Shown piece by piece: positions 1-12,670 of a stretch of 64,000 bases of DNA. Made by a program: the position numbers and the translations under genes. Below the pieces are notes generated by a model. That model was not told where the DNA came from. It saw only the letters and a list, made by a program, of their open reading frames with translations, and made no database searches. Every line of letters starts with the position of its first letter. The first letter of the stretch is position 1. This DNA comes from Hypanus sabinus (lineage: Eukaryota), in contig NC_082709.1 in assembly GCF_030144855.1 (NCBI RefSeq), forward strand, positions 103,044,001-103,108,000, read 5' to 3'.

Positions 1-179
1 GTACTTAATGCTCTTAATATCCAGCAGTGTCTTGCGATCATAAGACGCAAGCGACGAACAATTACAGCATTAGTTGGAGTCGGAGTGGCTGCTGCGACCA
101 TCTTCTCATCGAGGAGGCTGCAGGTAGGTGCAGGCTAGAACTTAAGTTCAAGAAGTTAGAGGCATAACACGTGTAGGCA

Positions 180-2597
180 GGATGGTAGTTCAGCTAGTGG
201 AAAAGGTCTTCCTGAAATATGTGGGATTTCAGTGTACCTAACCATCTCCCCGATAGCTACATCGGCAGGAACGTCAACTCCTGACCGATGAGGTCAAGGA
301 ACTGGAGCTGGAGCAGGACCTTCTGGGAGGATTCAGATAGTAGGTGGTTGACCACAAGGAGAGGCAATCAGTGCAGGGTTTCCCTCAGCAACATGTATAT
401 CCCTTTGAATACTGGGGGCGGGGTTCTCTATCAGGGTACAGCAGCAGCAACCAAGCAAGTGGCACAATGGCCGGTTCTGAGAGGCTCAACAGGGAAGAGT
501 AAAGTCAGACAAAGCGATAGTGACAGGAGACTCAATAGTTAGGGGGACAGGCAGCAGATTCTGTGTCTACAAAAGAGAAGCTAGAATGGTGTGTTGCCTC
601 CCAGATGCGAGGGTCCAGAGTGTCTCAGAGAGGCTGCAGCAGATTCTCAAGAGGAAGGGTGAGCAGCCTGAAGTCATGGTGCACATTGGCACCAATGATA
701 CAAGTAGAAAGGAGGAAGAGGTCATCAGCAGTGACTATAGGGAATTAAGGAAGAGACTTCAGAGCAGGCCCTCTAAGGTAGTAATCTCTGGAGTTCTCCC
801 AGTACCACACGCTAGTCAAGGCAGGATTAGGATGATAGTAGCTGAGGAAATAATGCAGAGGCAGGATTTCATATTTCTGGATCATTGGGATCTCATCCGC
901 AGAAGTTAGGTTACACCTGAACCTGAGGGCAATCAATGTTCTTACGGGCAGGTTTAAACTAAGTTGACAGGGGGATGGGAATGAGAGTGATAGGGCTGAG
1001 GATGGGACAGTTGGCATACAAGTCATTGCAGCATGTAGTGAGACTGTGAGGTATGATGTTGTGGGCATCACTGAGTTGTGGCTAGAAGATCATAGTTGGG
1101 AGCTTAACATCCAAGGATACACATTATACCAAAAGGATAGATAGGTAGGCAGAGTGGGTAGGGTGGCTTTGTTGGGTTAAAAAAGTATCAAATCCTGAGA
1201 AAGCGTTGATACAGGATTGGAAGATGTAGAATCCTTGTGGGTGGAGACCATATTACAGCTAGAGGCGTTCCGGAGTTCAGAGAACCATTCCAGCGCCATC
1301 CTTAAGAAACCTGTATGTCCTCTGGTTTCCTCCCACAGTCCAAGGATGTATCAGGTAGGTTGACCCATGATTAGCTTAGGGTTAATCAGGTTTGTTAGGT
1401 GTTGCTGGAGTGGCGTGGCTCAGTCAAAGGGCCCACTCCATACTGTATTGCTAAGTAAATCCCTGTGGGTAGAGTTAAGAAACTGCAAGGATAAAAAGAC
1501 ACTGATGGGAGTTACATTCAAGCACAGTAATCAGGAGGTGGGATATAAATTTCAATGGGAAATAGAAAGGCATATACTAAGGGCAATGTTATGATAATCA
1601 CGGGGGATTTCAATATGCAGGTAGATTAGGAAAATCAGGTGGGTGCTGGAGCCCAAGAGAGGAATTTGTAAAATACCTACGAGATGGCTTTTTAGAACAG
1701 CTTGTTTGGTTAAGTCCACTAGGGAAAAGGCAATTATGGATTGAGTGTTTTGTAATGAACCAGATGTGATTAGGGAGCTAAAGGGAGGAGGAGGCAACTG
1801 TGGCTGACAAGGGAAGTCAAAGAGCATAAAAGCAAAAGAGAGGGTATATAATATAGCAAAACTCAGTGGAAAGTTAAGAGGGAAGCTTTTAAAAACCAAC
1901 AGAAGGCCACTGAAAATCTATAAGGAGAGAAAAGATTAAATATGAAGGTAAACTAGCCAATAATATCAAAGAGATACCAAAGGTTTTTTTTCCAGATAAA
2001 GAGTAAAAGCAAAATGAGAGTGGATATTAGACCAATAGAAGGTAGTTACAGGGGTCAACTTTAGATATCTTATCAGTCTTCACTGTGGAAAACACTAGCA
2101 ATATGCCAGAAATTTGAGCATATTGGGGGCAGAAATGAGTGTCATTGATATTAATAAGGAGCAGGTGCTTGGGAAACTGAAAGGTCTCAAGTTAGGCAAG
2201 TCACCTGGACCAAATGGACTACACCCAATAGTTCTGAAAGAGGTAGCAGCAGAGATCATGGAGGCGTTAGTAGTGATCTTTCATAACCTGCTAGACTTCT
2301 GGAATGGTTCTGGAGGACTGGAAAATTGAAAATGTCACTCCATTCTTTAAGAAGGGAGGGAGGCAGAAGAAAAGGAATTATATAGGCCAATTAGCTTGAT
2401 TCTGTGGTTGGAAAGAAGTTGGAGTCCATTATTAAAGTTTTGGGGTATTTAGAGACACATGGTTTCCTTAAGGCGAAATCTTGCCTGGCAAATATGTTGG
2501 GATTCTTTCCGAAATAACGGGAAGGGTAAACAAAGGAAAGTCAGTGGATGTTGCTAACTTGGATTTTCAGAGGGCTTTTGACAAGGTGCTGCACGAA
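180..2597 (+). mobile_element. Decayed CR1 LINE: ORF1 (SGNH esterase) plus endonuclease and RT fragments
   Basis: GDSIVRG..CCLPDARV..VHIGTND esterase blocks at 520-909; KSPGPNGLHP and DFQRAFDKV RT motifs; many frameshifts and deletions. Confidence 0.9.
1247..1457 (+). mobile_element. V-SINE-like insertion inside the CR1, with 17-bp target-site duplication
   Basis: Core GGTTTCCTCCCACAGTCCAAGGATGT. Flanked by AATCCTTGTGGGTGGAG (1230-1246) and AATCCCTGTGGGTAGAG (1458-1474). Confidence 0.75.
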
Positions 2598-2717
2598 GTT
2601 CAAAAATCCTTCAAACCCAGAAACTTTAGCCATTGCCACTCTGCCACTTCCCTGCTAGTGTCACTTCAGCAAGCTCCTCTCATGCTTTTGAAATTCCCTT
2701 TACTCCACTGTGATACT

Positions 2718-2912
2718 TGACTAAGCTTCTTCCCCTCAAATTGATGGTGAATTCTATCATATTATGATCACTGGCTCCTAAGGGTTCCTTTACCTTAAGC
2801 TCCCTAATCAAATCTGGTTCATTACACGACACCCAATCCAGAATAGTTGATCCACTCGCGAGCTGCTCTAAAAAGCCATCTTGTAGGCACTCTACAAATC
2901 CTCTCTTGGGAT
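2718..2912 (-). mobile_element. CR1 endonuclease-region fragment, inverted
   Basis: Its reverse complement resembles 1640-1780 and 18420-18595. Confidence 0.75.
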
Positions 2913-3469
2913 CCTGTGGGAATTCTAGACGACCACTGGTGCAGTGTGGTTATCTGGGAGGCTGGCAGTTCCCCAGAATTCCCACATCTCACACAATATA
3001 TCCGCTGGAGCCATTCTCACTGCTCTATGAACTAACAAGTGAAGAAGAAACTTACCATATACATACCTCACCCAAACCTATCCTTACTAATTCTGCTCAT
3101 ATATCTTATGGTCTAAGACACATACAGTAGTCAGTTTCAGGAACTGCTTCTTCCCCTCCATCAGATTCCTGAATGGACAATGAACCCATGAATACTTAGT
3201 ATTTTTTCTCTCTTGCACTACTTTATAACTTATAGTTTTTATGTATTGCAATGTACTGCTGTCACAAAATAATTTTCATGATATTTGCTGATTTTGATCA
3301 ACACAGGACAAAGAACAAGACAAAGCAAGTTTCTGCTATTTTTAAAAATTGATACAAGATAGTTATACAAGTTTAGAAATAAGTTCAAAAATGGTTCTGT
3401 ATGCACACCTTTTAATATAAAATTGTTTTCCATACCTTGGACTGAATCATTTCCAAGAACATAATAAAG

Positions 3470-5882
3470 ATGTAATAATAAGAGTTGTCATGATGGGAGA
3501 TTTAAATTTCCCAATTGTTGATTAGCATCTCCCTAGAGCGAGGGGTTTAGATGGGGTGGAGTTTTGTTAGGTATGTTCAGGAAGTTTTCTTGACACAGTA
3601 TGTAGATAAGCCTACAAGAGGAGATTTGGTATTGGGAAATGAACCTGGTCAGGAGTCAGATCTCTCAGTGGGAGAGCATTTTGGACATAGTGATCATAAT
3701 TCTATTTCCTTTACAATAGCATTGAAGAGAGATAGGAACAGACAAGTTAGAAAACAGTTTAATTGGAGTAAGGGGAATTATGAGCCTATCAGGCAGGAAA
3801 TTGGAGGCTTAAATTGGAAACAGATGCTCTCAGGGAAAAGTATGGAAGAAATGTGGCAAATATTAAGGGGATATGTATGTTCCAATGAGACAGGGAAGTA
3901 ATGGTAGGGTACAGGAACTGTGGTGTACAAAGGCTGAAATAAATCTAGTCAAGAAGAAAAGCTTACAGAAGATTCAGAGAGCTAGGTAATGTTAGAGATC
4001 TAGAAGGCTACTACGAAGGAGCTTAAGAGGAAATTAGGAGAGCAAGAAGGAGCCATGAGAAGGCTTTGTTGGACAGTATTAAGGAAAACCCCACGACATT
4101 TTACAAGTATGTGAAGAGCAAGAGGATAAGACGTGAAAGAATAGGACCTATCAAGTGTGACAGTGGGAAAGTGTGTATGGAACCAGAGGAAAAGCAGAGG
4201 TTCTTAATGTATACTTCACTTCAGTATTCACTATGGAAAGGATCTTAGTGATGACTTGCAGCGGACTGAAAAGCTTGAGCATGTACATATTAAGAAATAG
4301 AATGTGCTGGAGCTTTTAGAAAGCATCAAGTTGGATAAGTTGCCGGGACCGGACAAAATGTAAGCTGGTCTACAATGGGAGGCGAGGGAGGAGATTGCTG
4401 AACCTTTGGTGATGATCTTTGCATCATCAATGGGGACGGGAGAGGTTCCCGAGGAATGGAGGGTTGCAGATGTTGTTCCTTTATTCAAGAAAGGGAGTAG
4501 AGATAGCCCAGCAAACTATAGACCAGTGAGTCTTATGTCAGTGGTTGGTAAGATGATGGAGATCCTGAGAGGCAGGAATTATGAACATTTGGAGAGGTAT
4601 GATTAGGAATAGTCAGCATGGCTTTGTAAAGGGCAGGTCATGCCTTACAAGCTTGATTGAATTTTTTGAGGATGTGACTAAACACATTGATGAAGGAAGA
4701 GCAGTAGATGTAGTGTATATGGATTTCAGCAAAGCATTTGATAAGGTACCCCATGCAAGGCTTATTGAGAAAGTAAGGAGGCATAGGATCCAAGGGGACA
4801 TTGCTTTGTGGATCCAGAACTAGCTTGCCCACAGAAGGCAAAGAGTGGTTGTAGATGGGTCATATTCTGCATGGAGGTCAGTCACCAGTGGTGTGCCTCA
4901 GGGATCTGTTCTGGGACCCTTACTCTTTGTGACTTTTATAAATGACCTGGATGAGGAAGTGGAGGGATGGGTTAGTAAGTTTGCTGATGACACAATGATT
5001 GGAGGTGTTGTGGATAGTGTGGAGGGCTGCCAGAGGTTACAGCAGGACATTGATAGGATGCAAAACTGGGCTGAGAAGGGGCAGATGGAGTTCAACCCAG
5101 ATAAGTGTGAAGTGGTTCATTTTGGTAGGTCAAATATCATGGCAGAATATAGTATTAATGGTAAGACTCTTGGCAGAGTGGAGAATCAGAGGGATCTTGG
5201 GGTCCAAGTCCATAGCACACTCAAAGCAGCTCCGCAGGTTGACTCTGAGGTTAAGAAGGCGAATGGTGTATTGGCCTTTATCAATCGTGAAATTGTATTT
5301 AGGAGCCGAGAGGTAATGTTGCAGCTGTATAGGATCCTGGTCAGACCCCACTTGGAGTACTGTGCTCAGTTCTGGCCACTTCACTACATAAAGGATGTGG
5401 AAGCCATAGAAAGGGTGTAGAGATGTACAAGGATGTTGCCTGGATTGGGGACCATGCCTTATGAGAATAGGTTAAGTGAATTCGGCCTTTTTCCTTGGAG
5501 AGAAGGAGGATGAGAGGTGACCTGACAGGGGTGTACAAGATGATGAGAGGCATTGATTGTGTGGATAGTCAGAGGCTTTTTCCAAGGGCTGAAATGGTTG
5601 CCATAAGAGGACACAGGTTTAAGGTGCTGGGGAGTAGGTACAGAGATATCAGGGGTAAGTTTTTTTTACTAAAGAGAGTGGTGAATGTGTGGAATGGGCT
5701 GCCATCAACGGTGGTGGAGGCAGATACCATAGGGTCTTTTAAGAGGCTTTTAGATAGGTACATAGAGATTAGTAAAATAGAGGGCTATGGGTGAGCCTTG
5801 TAATTTCTAAGGCAGGGATGTGTTCGGCACAACTTTGTGGGCTGAAGGGCCTGTATTGTGCTGTCAGTTTTCTATGTTTCTA
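3470..5882 (+). mobile_element. 5'-truncated CR1 LINE (ORF2 EN C-terminus and RT) with 3' tail
   Basis: NYRPVSL, QHGFVKGRSCLT, DFSKAFDKVPH, GVPQGSVLGPLLF and KFADDT motifs; ends in TTTCTATGTTTCTA. Confidence 0.95.
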
Positions 5883-6054
5883 CATCAGTACTCATTGGGA
5901 AACTGAACTGGCTAGTTATATGTACAGTCCACCTTAGTGCAACTCATATTTCTTGAACATTGGTGGTGCAAAGCTTATGCATGTATCTCTGGTATTGGTT
6001 GTAGTAACTGGAAGCTGAGGGGTGGGGGTAACGACTCATCTTTTCTAGACTGGA

Positions 6055-6210
6055 AAACACTGATGCAACTGCCTCAGCTCCAGCAACCTAGGTTTGATCT
6101 TGATTTCCAAGTCTATAGGTGTGGAGTTCGCAAATTCTCCACTTAACTATTTGCATTACCTCCTGTTTCCTCCACATGCAAGTTGATAGGTTAATTTTGC
6201 ACTGTAGATC
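6055..6210 (+). mobile_element. Degenerate HE1/V-SINE-like element
   Basis: CTGCCTCAGCTCCAGCAACCTAGGTTTGATC (tRNA-like B box) followed by GTGTGGAGTTCGCAAATTCTCC. Confidence 0.55.
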
Positions 6211-6864
6211 AGTACATGGTACAGGCTCAGAGGAGAGTTAACAGGTGAAAGAGGATGGAATTGTTCAGGTCTGCTCTAGACTCAATAACTTTCTACATTT
6301 GGAAATATATATTACGATGAGTAGTTACAAAGTTACTCCATGCATACAGAGTGGATAAGGGAGCATAACCCTGTTGTTGGCCTATATGTAGAACCATTTC
6401 ACTTGAAAAGCTACCAACCACTAGTAATATATCTACCTGCATTCTCCACCTCAAAACAAGCTCATCAGGCTTCTTTTTTAAACTTTCCAGAGGTGAGGTA
6501 GGTAGAACCAATAAACATTTGATCCTGAAGAACTAAGTAACGTAGGTAGTCATTGTGAATTGCAGGGGTGCTAACCTATTGCAATTTGACTTTATTCTCA
6601 AAAGGCAGAAGGATGCACACAAAGTACACAATTATTTTTCACTCTCTACAGCCTATTCTGCTATTCAATCAGATCATGGATGATTTTTCAGTCTAATTCT
6701 TGCATTCTTATTCAACTTTTTCTTCAATTATGGCATAGATTTAAACTTATTTAATAGTGTCTTCATATGTTTTTACTATTGTTAGATATTGAAAATCAAA
6801 ATCGTTGATTAAATATTGGTGTAGGCCAGAACTGCAGAAGGGAAAACAAACTCTTCCAGTTGGA

Positions 6865-7078
6865 GACAGTAAAAAGCAGATGCTGGAATCTGGAGCAATA
6901 TTCAAATGCTGGAGGGTGAAAGAGTCAGCAGGTCAGGCAACATCTAAAAGAGGAAATGGACAAAAGACTGCAGATTCTGGAATGTGGAGCAGCACATAAA
7001 AGATCTCAACCTGAAAAGTTGATTGTCCATTCCCCCCCATAGACACTACCTGACCTGCTGAGATCCCCCAGTTTTGTG
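6865..7078. mobile_element. Degenerate Penelope pseudo-LTR fragments in opposite orientations
   Basis: GCAGATGCTGGAATCTGGAGC and CCTGACCTGCTGAG blocks resemble 16450-16520. Confidence 0.55.
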
Positions 7079-8853
7079 ACACTTGTATGGTTATTGTTTA
7101 AAAAAAATAATTTGCTATGGCCTTGGTGGCTCATGCTTGGGAAAATTTCTGAAAGTAGTAATTGCTTTCTGCTTGGTGTTGGAAAATGACTGCTCTTTCC
7201 AAGCCTCCCAATACTAGTACTACTCACTTTTTTAATGTTATTAAGATCTCAAAGCAGTACAACCAAACTCATTTTCAAAATCTGTCCGCTCCACTTTTCA
7301 TAAAGAGAGCAGCAGCCCCAGTCAAGACTTCATGCAAGATCCCTCACCAATGATTATTAACTTAAGACATTATAATAACCTTGAATTCCATCATCAACCC
7401 AGTCTATGTGATCCATTCAGCTTTTCCACCACTTTTGCTTTCATAACTAGCAAGTAGATTTCAGATGATTAAATATGGAAATTAATTAATTTTCATAAAT
7501 GGATCTTATCGAATTATATCAGAATTATTACTAAATGGTTTACAAACATAAGACTGCAATGTATATTTAGGTTTATCCAGAATCCACAATTAAAGCATAC
7601 ACCATTACTTTCAATGATGTATTACTGTTAATTTCTCTATTATCTGGAAATCTATCACATCTTTTAAGCACAAACTACTCTTCCAGTTTATGGGGTAGAG
7701 GATTCCAAACTTAAAGAAATTACATTTGCAATGGCTTATCCAATAGTTTACTGACAGCTTAAATTCCTCAGCCAGGAGAAGCATCAGTGAAGTTCTCTTA
7801 GAATTTTGCATGTTTCAATGTGGTCAACTCTTTCAAATGCCAAATAAATGCCCTAGATGATTTAATTTCACCCTTTATGACAGACCCACCACCCTAGGAG
7901 CCATTCAGGCACAAATATATCTCTTTTTAGGGAGACCAAATTTGTATGTGTTCTGGGTGCATTTTCATCAGGCATACTTTGGCTGTGCCTTAACTCTTGT
8001 ACTATATTTTTACAATAAAAGCCAGTGTAGTTTTTGCTTTCCTAATGACTTGCAGTATCTGCACAGAGAAGTGCCCAGTTCAACAGTCACAAATGATAAA
8101 GCTATACTTTAAGCTCTGATTACATGTACCTGCTGCTGGAAATCTGGCATGAAACTGTAGTGTGCCCACAGCTCAGTGCGTAGAGGCTATCTACCCAGTG
8201 TGGAGTGGACTGGGAAATGTAGAGTTCAGCCAGGCTTCTTGGCTAGTACAGAGAATCTGGGGAGTAGCAGTAGCTGCTTTGTGTGTTGACTACACAAATC
8301 CTATGGCCTCACTCTGTTCAGCTGCACAAGCTCAGTGCTGAGTAAATATAGTGAGACACTTACCATGTGCAAACAGAGGGGAAGTCATTAGTTTCCATCA
8401 GAAGTGCTGAGGAAAGTACTATACAGGTGATGAGTCTCCAGCGGTGATCCAGGTCTCACTACAGAGCTCTAGCCCACACAACACCAGCCTTCATAATCAG
8501 CCTCTCCACACAGCAGATTTTGCATCAGGTTCCCAGGGCAATAATACTGACATCTCTCTCTGTTATAATGACCTCTTTTAGTGCCAATTCTATGTGTGTT
8601 TTTGTTAGTGCAGGATGAGCAAAGTACCAGTGACTTGTGTACAAGGATATCTAAGCCTCAGTCTCACACCATTTAAAAACTTAAACTCCAATTCAGTGCA
8701 AATGATCAATATTCAAAGTCCAAAGCTGAAAATGATAAGATGGATCACTGTAAACAGTAGGATGGGAAGAACCATCTCCCTGCTTATGGGTTTGCAGAAA
8801 AACCATTGTCTCCTCTAACAGTTTTGATCTTGAACAAGCAAAAAAGATAACCT

Positions 8854-8859
8854 TTTATT
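8854..8859 (-). terminator. Candidate KBTBD7 polyadenylation signal AATAAA (3'UTR about 2.3 kb)
   Basis: Minus-strand AATAAA with upstream TGTA and downstream U/GU-rich tract, at the end of an apparently TE-free AT-rich stretch after the stop codon. Alternative AATAAA signals exist, e.g. 10999-11004. Confidence 0.4.
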
Positions 8860-11176
8860 GAATATAGCAATAATAGTACAAATGCATGAACTTTTATGGA
8901 TTAGCTGCCCATCGTATATAACAGGTCATTTTAACATCAAACTCAAAGCATTTGCTTCCTAAACAGCACTCAATTCTGAATAATCTGTTCTGCTGCCAAT
9001 TTCCAGTGAAAAATATGTCAAATAGCAAGCTATTAAACCTCTACACTGAAAGGCAAGTTGGGAGGGTGGTGAGAATAGATTTAATAAACTATTGTTTATA
9101 AATGTGTATTTGACTGTAGCAATTTCAGCTAAGAATTTGTACAAACGTGCATCATTTAATTAAAAGTCAAAACTCATGAAACACACCCTATCTAAAATAC
9201 TGAAAAGATGGAATTACAGATAATCAATGGAATAGCTTAAATGCCTTATTTAGGAATAAATTATTCAAGTCAATAAATGGTTTTAAAAATGCTATACAGT
9301 GTTTAATGAAGATCAAGCCTAATCAGGCAATGTTCAGCTGCCCAAGCCCTAATCTATGGAATTCCCTCTCAAACTCATCTAACCACAGCCACCCACCTAA
9401 AACCCTCACTCTAACTAAACACCCCTTTATGCAAACTAAGATACATTTTACCATGTTAAAGACATTACATTAATACAAGTTGCTGCCAAGGTTATGAAGG
9501 TTAATTTCCAAGTTTCTAAAGTCATTTGTACCTTAATACTTTAAAATTGGAATTCTATGAACATTTTTTTTAAATTTAAAAGGATTGAAAATGTTGGTTT
9601 GAAATGCCTCATTCCATTTGCTTAGCATAAACAAATCTTATTAAAATGACTGAACTGTCAAGGTAGGAACAGGATGAAGTATGATGAATTTAAGTCAATT
9701 CTAGTTAAAATGTGTTAAATTTAAGCTGCTTAATTTAAATTCCTTTATCAAATGTTTTTAAATTAAGAATATAATTTAATAAACAAAAGATCTTTTTAAA
9801 CTGAAAATTTAAATCATGCACCACCACAACCTCTCATGCTGGTATAAACTGAAGACAAATGCATCACCTAGCCAAAACAAAACATTGTAAAGATCTGAGA
9901 TCTCCTGATTCAAATTTTGCTCTTTTAACTGAATGTCGTGGCCATCTTTATTCTGTCTGCTTCTGCCATTTTCAGAGCATTAGAAAGTATAAAGTGGTCA
10001 GAATGAGCAGGTTTCACTATTTAAAAAAGATCTTTCCAAATGAGTAGAGCATTGTGCTGTTTAAATCTGTGCTGCCATTGAAATACATCATGGTTAATGT
10101 CTCAATAATGTTGTCAGATTAAGATCAGCAAATAAAATACAAGTAGGGTTGGGGTGATCAACATAAAACAGAAATACTGTATGTGCATTTTGGAAGCAAA
10201 CACAGCCAGTTCTCATGCAGAAAACAACAAACATTCCTATTAGGCACAACTGTACTTTCGATGTCCATATAGACAGGTTCAAAACAGTTCCAATTTTACT
10301 GGCCAGCTTTTAAATTGCTATCTTCAGGGGGAAAAAAATTCCCACAAATTTATACAAATATAATACATGTTGATCTACTTTTCAAAAGGTGAATGTTACT
10401 TAATGACCAGTTTTTTCTTTTATATGAGGATTTCCACCAAATGTATTTGAGTTCTACTAAGGAGATATAGAACATGGCTACTTAATCCATTCTTACTACC
10501 AATCTGAAAACACCACAAGCTTGCTGAGTTACTTGATTTCATTAAGGTCAACAGATTACCCAAATGAAGGATGCAAGTTAAATCTGGATTGTTCTTATTC
10601 TTGAAATAGAATTCACTAAATAAACTAGAGCTGTTTATTCCCTGGTGAGCTGAAATAACCCTTGGCTTCTTTACAAAAGTCACCACAGGCCATTCTAGTT
10701 GCAAGTTTGCTGCTGTTTTACTAATTCTTCATGGATTCATCGTCTTGTGTGTATTCATCATACAAGAATATGAAATTAAGTATCACATACAAATATGTAA
10801 TGTAAATGCATATATGACAAGTAAACCTCAGACCTCTACTTTTACTGAGAACAATTCTGAACACGGTTAACCACTTCACCCCCATCACCAAAGTAATCAT
10901 TTTTAAAATGGTGCTGCACACTTGAAAAGAACCAGAACAAAATGCAGAACAAATTTGTGGTGTAACTGCCAATACAGAAAATCAATTTCAATGCAATTTT
11001 TATTTTCCTAGTTCTTTCAAACATACTAACATGTACCGCAAAAAATATAACTGTATTTGCCAAAAACTACCAGATCAGCAACAATCCAAAAAAAAAATAC
11101 TAGTTACTTTTCACTATTTTTGAATCTTCTGTTCCCCCCCACGCCCCAAATTAAAGAGCATTTAAAATAGAGTTGG

Positions 11177-12670
11177 TTAGTTCCCACTTTGACCATTCAT
11201 ATGAGGAAGTCTATTATCTGGAGGGACTGAATGGCCATTTTGCTGTATTCGTTCAACTCTTAGTCCTCCTGGTGGCTGCCAAACATCATCTGAAAATGAA
11301 CTTGAGCTCCCTGACTCTGAGTCAATATCACTTGAGCCTTCAAAATCCCAGTCTGCACTTGACTCACTCCGGATATCATCCTCCTCGCTAATAAAGCTCT
11401 GCCCAGGCTCCAAGCATGAAGGGTATAGACGTGCTGAAAGGCATATAAAGTCACTGTCGTAGTGTAGCAAACCCAGCATTGTACCAATGTTGACCCACTG
11501 ATCATTGCTTGCATCGTACTGGTGAACAGTCACTCTGTTCTTCCTCCACTGTGGCACTATGGTAGTTATGAGAAGTAGTTTGTTGCCATGACAAACAATC
11601 TGAAAATTGTGGATATTGGCATCGATGGGGATATCACTGATCTTTCGCCACTCACCTTTTGAAGGGTTGTAAACTTTTATGACTGGGATGTCACAAATAC
11701 AATAAATTTCTTCATTGAAAACACAAGCTTCCTGGAACTCACTCCGCTTTAAGGAAGCACAATTCAGCCACTGATTCCTTTCCGGTACATAGCATAACAT
11801 CCTCTTATTATTGACCGCATACAAGCAGTCTCCAACTGTAATCAGCTCAAATGAGTGCAGTGCATGAGGCAAGGGGGCTACAAAAATCCACTGGTTTCTT
11901 TGAATACTGTAACACTCAACTTCTTTAACCTTGAGGCCTGTCGACGGGTCACGACCACCCAGAATGTAAATGTATCCATTCAAATATGCAACATCCATCC
12001 CTTCTCTTGCCAGCAGTCGTTCGGCAAGCTGTTGCCAGCTATTCTGAACTGCATTATATACCCAGAGTTGTTTACTTGGCTGTGCTGCCAAAAAGATATC
12101 GTTGTCTGGTGAAACACAGACAGCAAGTGAACTGATGGACTTTGTAAGGGCTGGACTAGTCAAAGGTGAAGACATTGCATAAATGTCACCTGAATAGGGA
12201 TCGTAACAGAGGAAAGGCTCCTTTCGATGGCCAAAAAATATAACCATCTCTTTAGCACTAAATCCAATCCTTTTTGAAGAGTTATGTATGCTGGTAGACA
12301 CATCAACACCTTTGGGAGCAGAAAGGTCATCCAAAGCGGAAACAAGAGACTTGTTTTCGACAAACAACTGAGATTTAAGTGCATCGACACCCAGCCTGTC
12401 TTTCTCACTGAAATGATGCCATCTGACACACCTTAAGACTTCAAGTGCATGTGCAGCACGCTCAGTGATATTTGATTCAATCCACTGAATTGCCACTGCG
12501 CACACCTTCCCCTCGCTGTCAACATCCAGTGTATCCAGTTTTAGTATCTCTTTGATCTGTTCCAGTGAAAGCTCACACAACTCCTCCGTTTTGCACAAAT
12601 GCTGTAAGTTGCAAGCGATGAAAGCAAGTGCCTTTTCTTTCAGTTCCACGTTGTCAAAAGCATCTGCAAA
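11177..12670 (-). CDS. KBTBD7: KBTBD7 coding exon 2, BACK domain, Kelch repeats and acidic tail; 497 aa plus TAA
   Basis: Acceptor tttctttacccttag|TTT GCA GAT GCT TTT GAC joins in frame to give ILK-FADAFD. Contains AKEMVIFFGH..PFLCYDPYSGDIY, REGMDVAYLNGYIYILGGRDP and YPSCLEPGQSFI..EDD.RSESS, all characteristic of KBTBD7. Intron 12671-15226 is GT-AG, 2556 bp. Confidence 0.96.
   Translation of the reverse strand, partial: FADAFDNVELKEKALAFIACNLQHLCKTEELCELSLEQIKEILKLDTLDVDSEGKVCAVAIQWIESNITERAAHALEVLRCVRWHHFSEKDRLGVDALKSQLFVENKSLVSALDDLSAPKGVDVSTSIHNSSKRIGFSAKEMVIFFGHRKEPFLCYDPYSGDIYAMSSPLTSPALTKSISSLAVCVSPDNDIFLAAQPSKQLWVYNAVQNSWQQLAERLLAREGMDVAYLNGYIYILGGRDPSTGLKVKEVECYSIQRNQWIFVAPLPHALHSFELITVGDCLYAVNNKRMLCYVPERNQWLNCASLKRSEFQEACVFNEEIYCICDIPVIKVYNPSKGEWRKISDIPIDANIHNFQIVCHGNKLLLITTIVPQWRKNRVTVHQYDASNDQWVNIGTMLGLLHYDSDFICLSARLYPSCLEPGQSFISEEDDIRSESSADWDFEGSSDIDSESGSSSSFSDDVWQPPGGLRVERIQQNGHSVPPDNRLPHMNGQSGN

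Noticed and set aside
4845-5420. RT ORFs as an active retroelement or a novel RT system
   Set aside because: Every CR1, L1 and Rex copy has stops and frameshifts; these are ordinary decayed LINEs.
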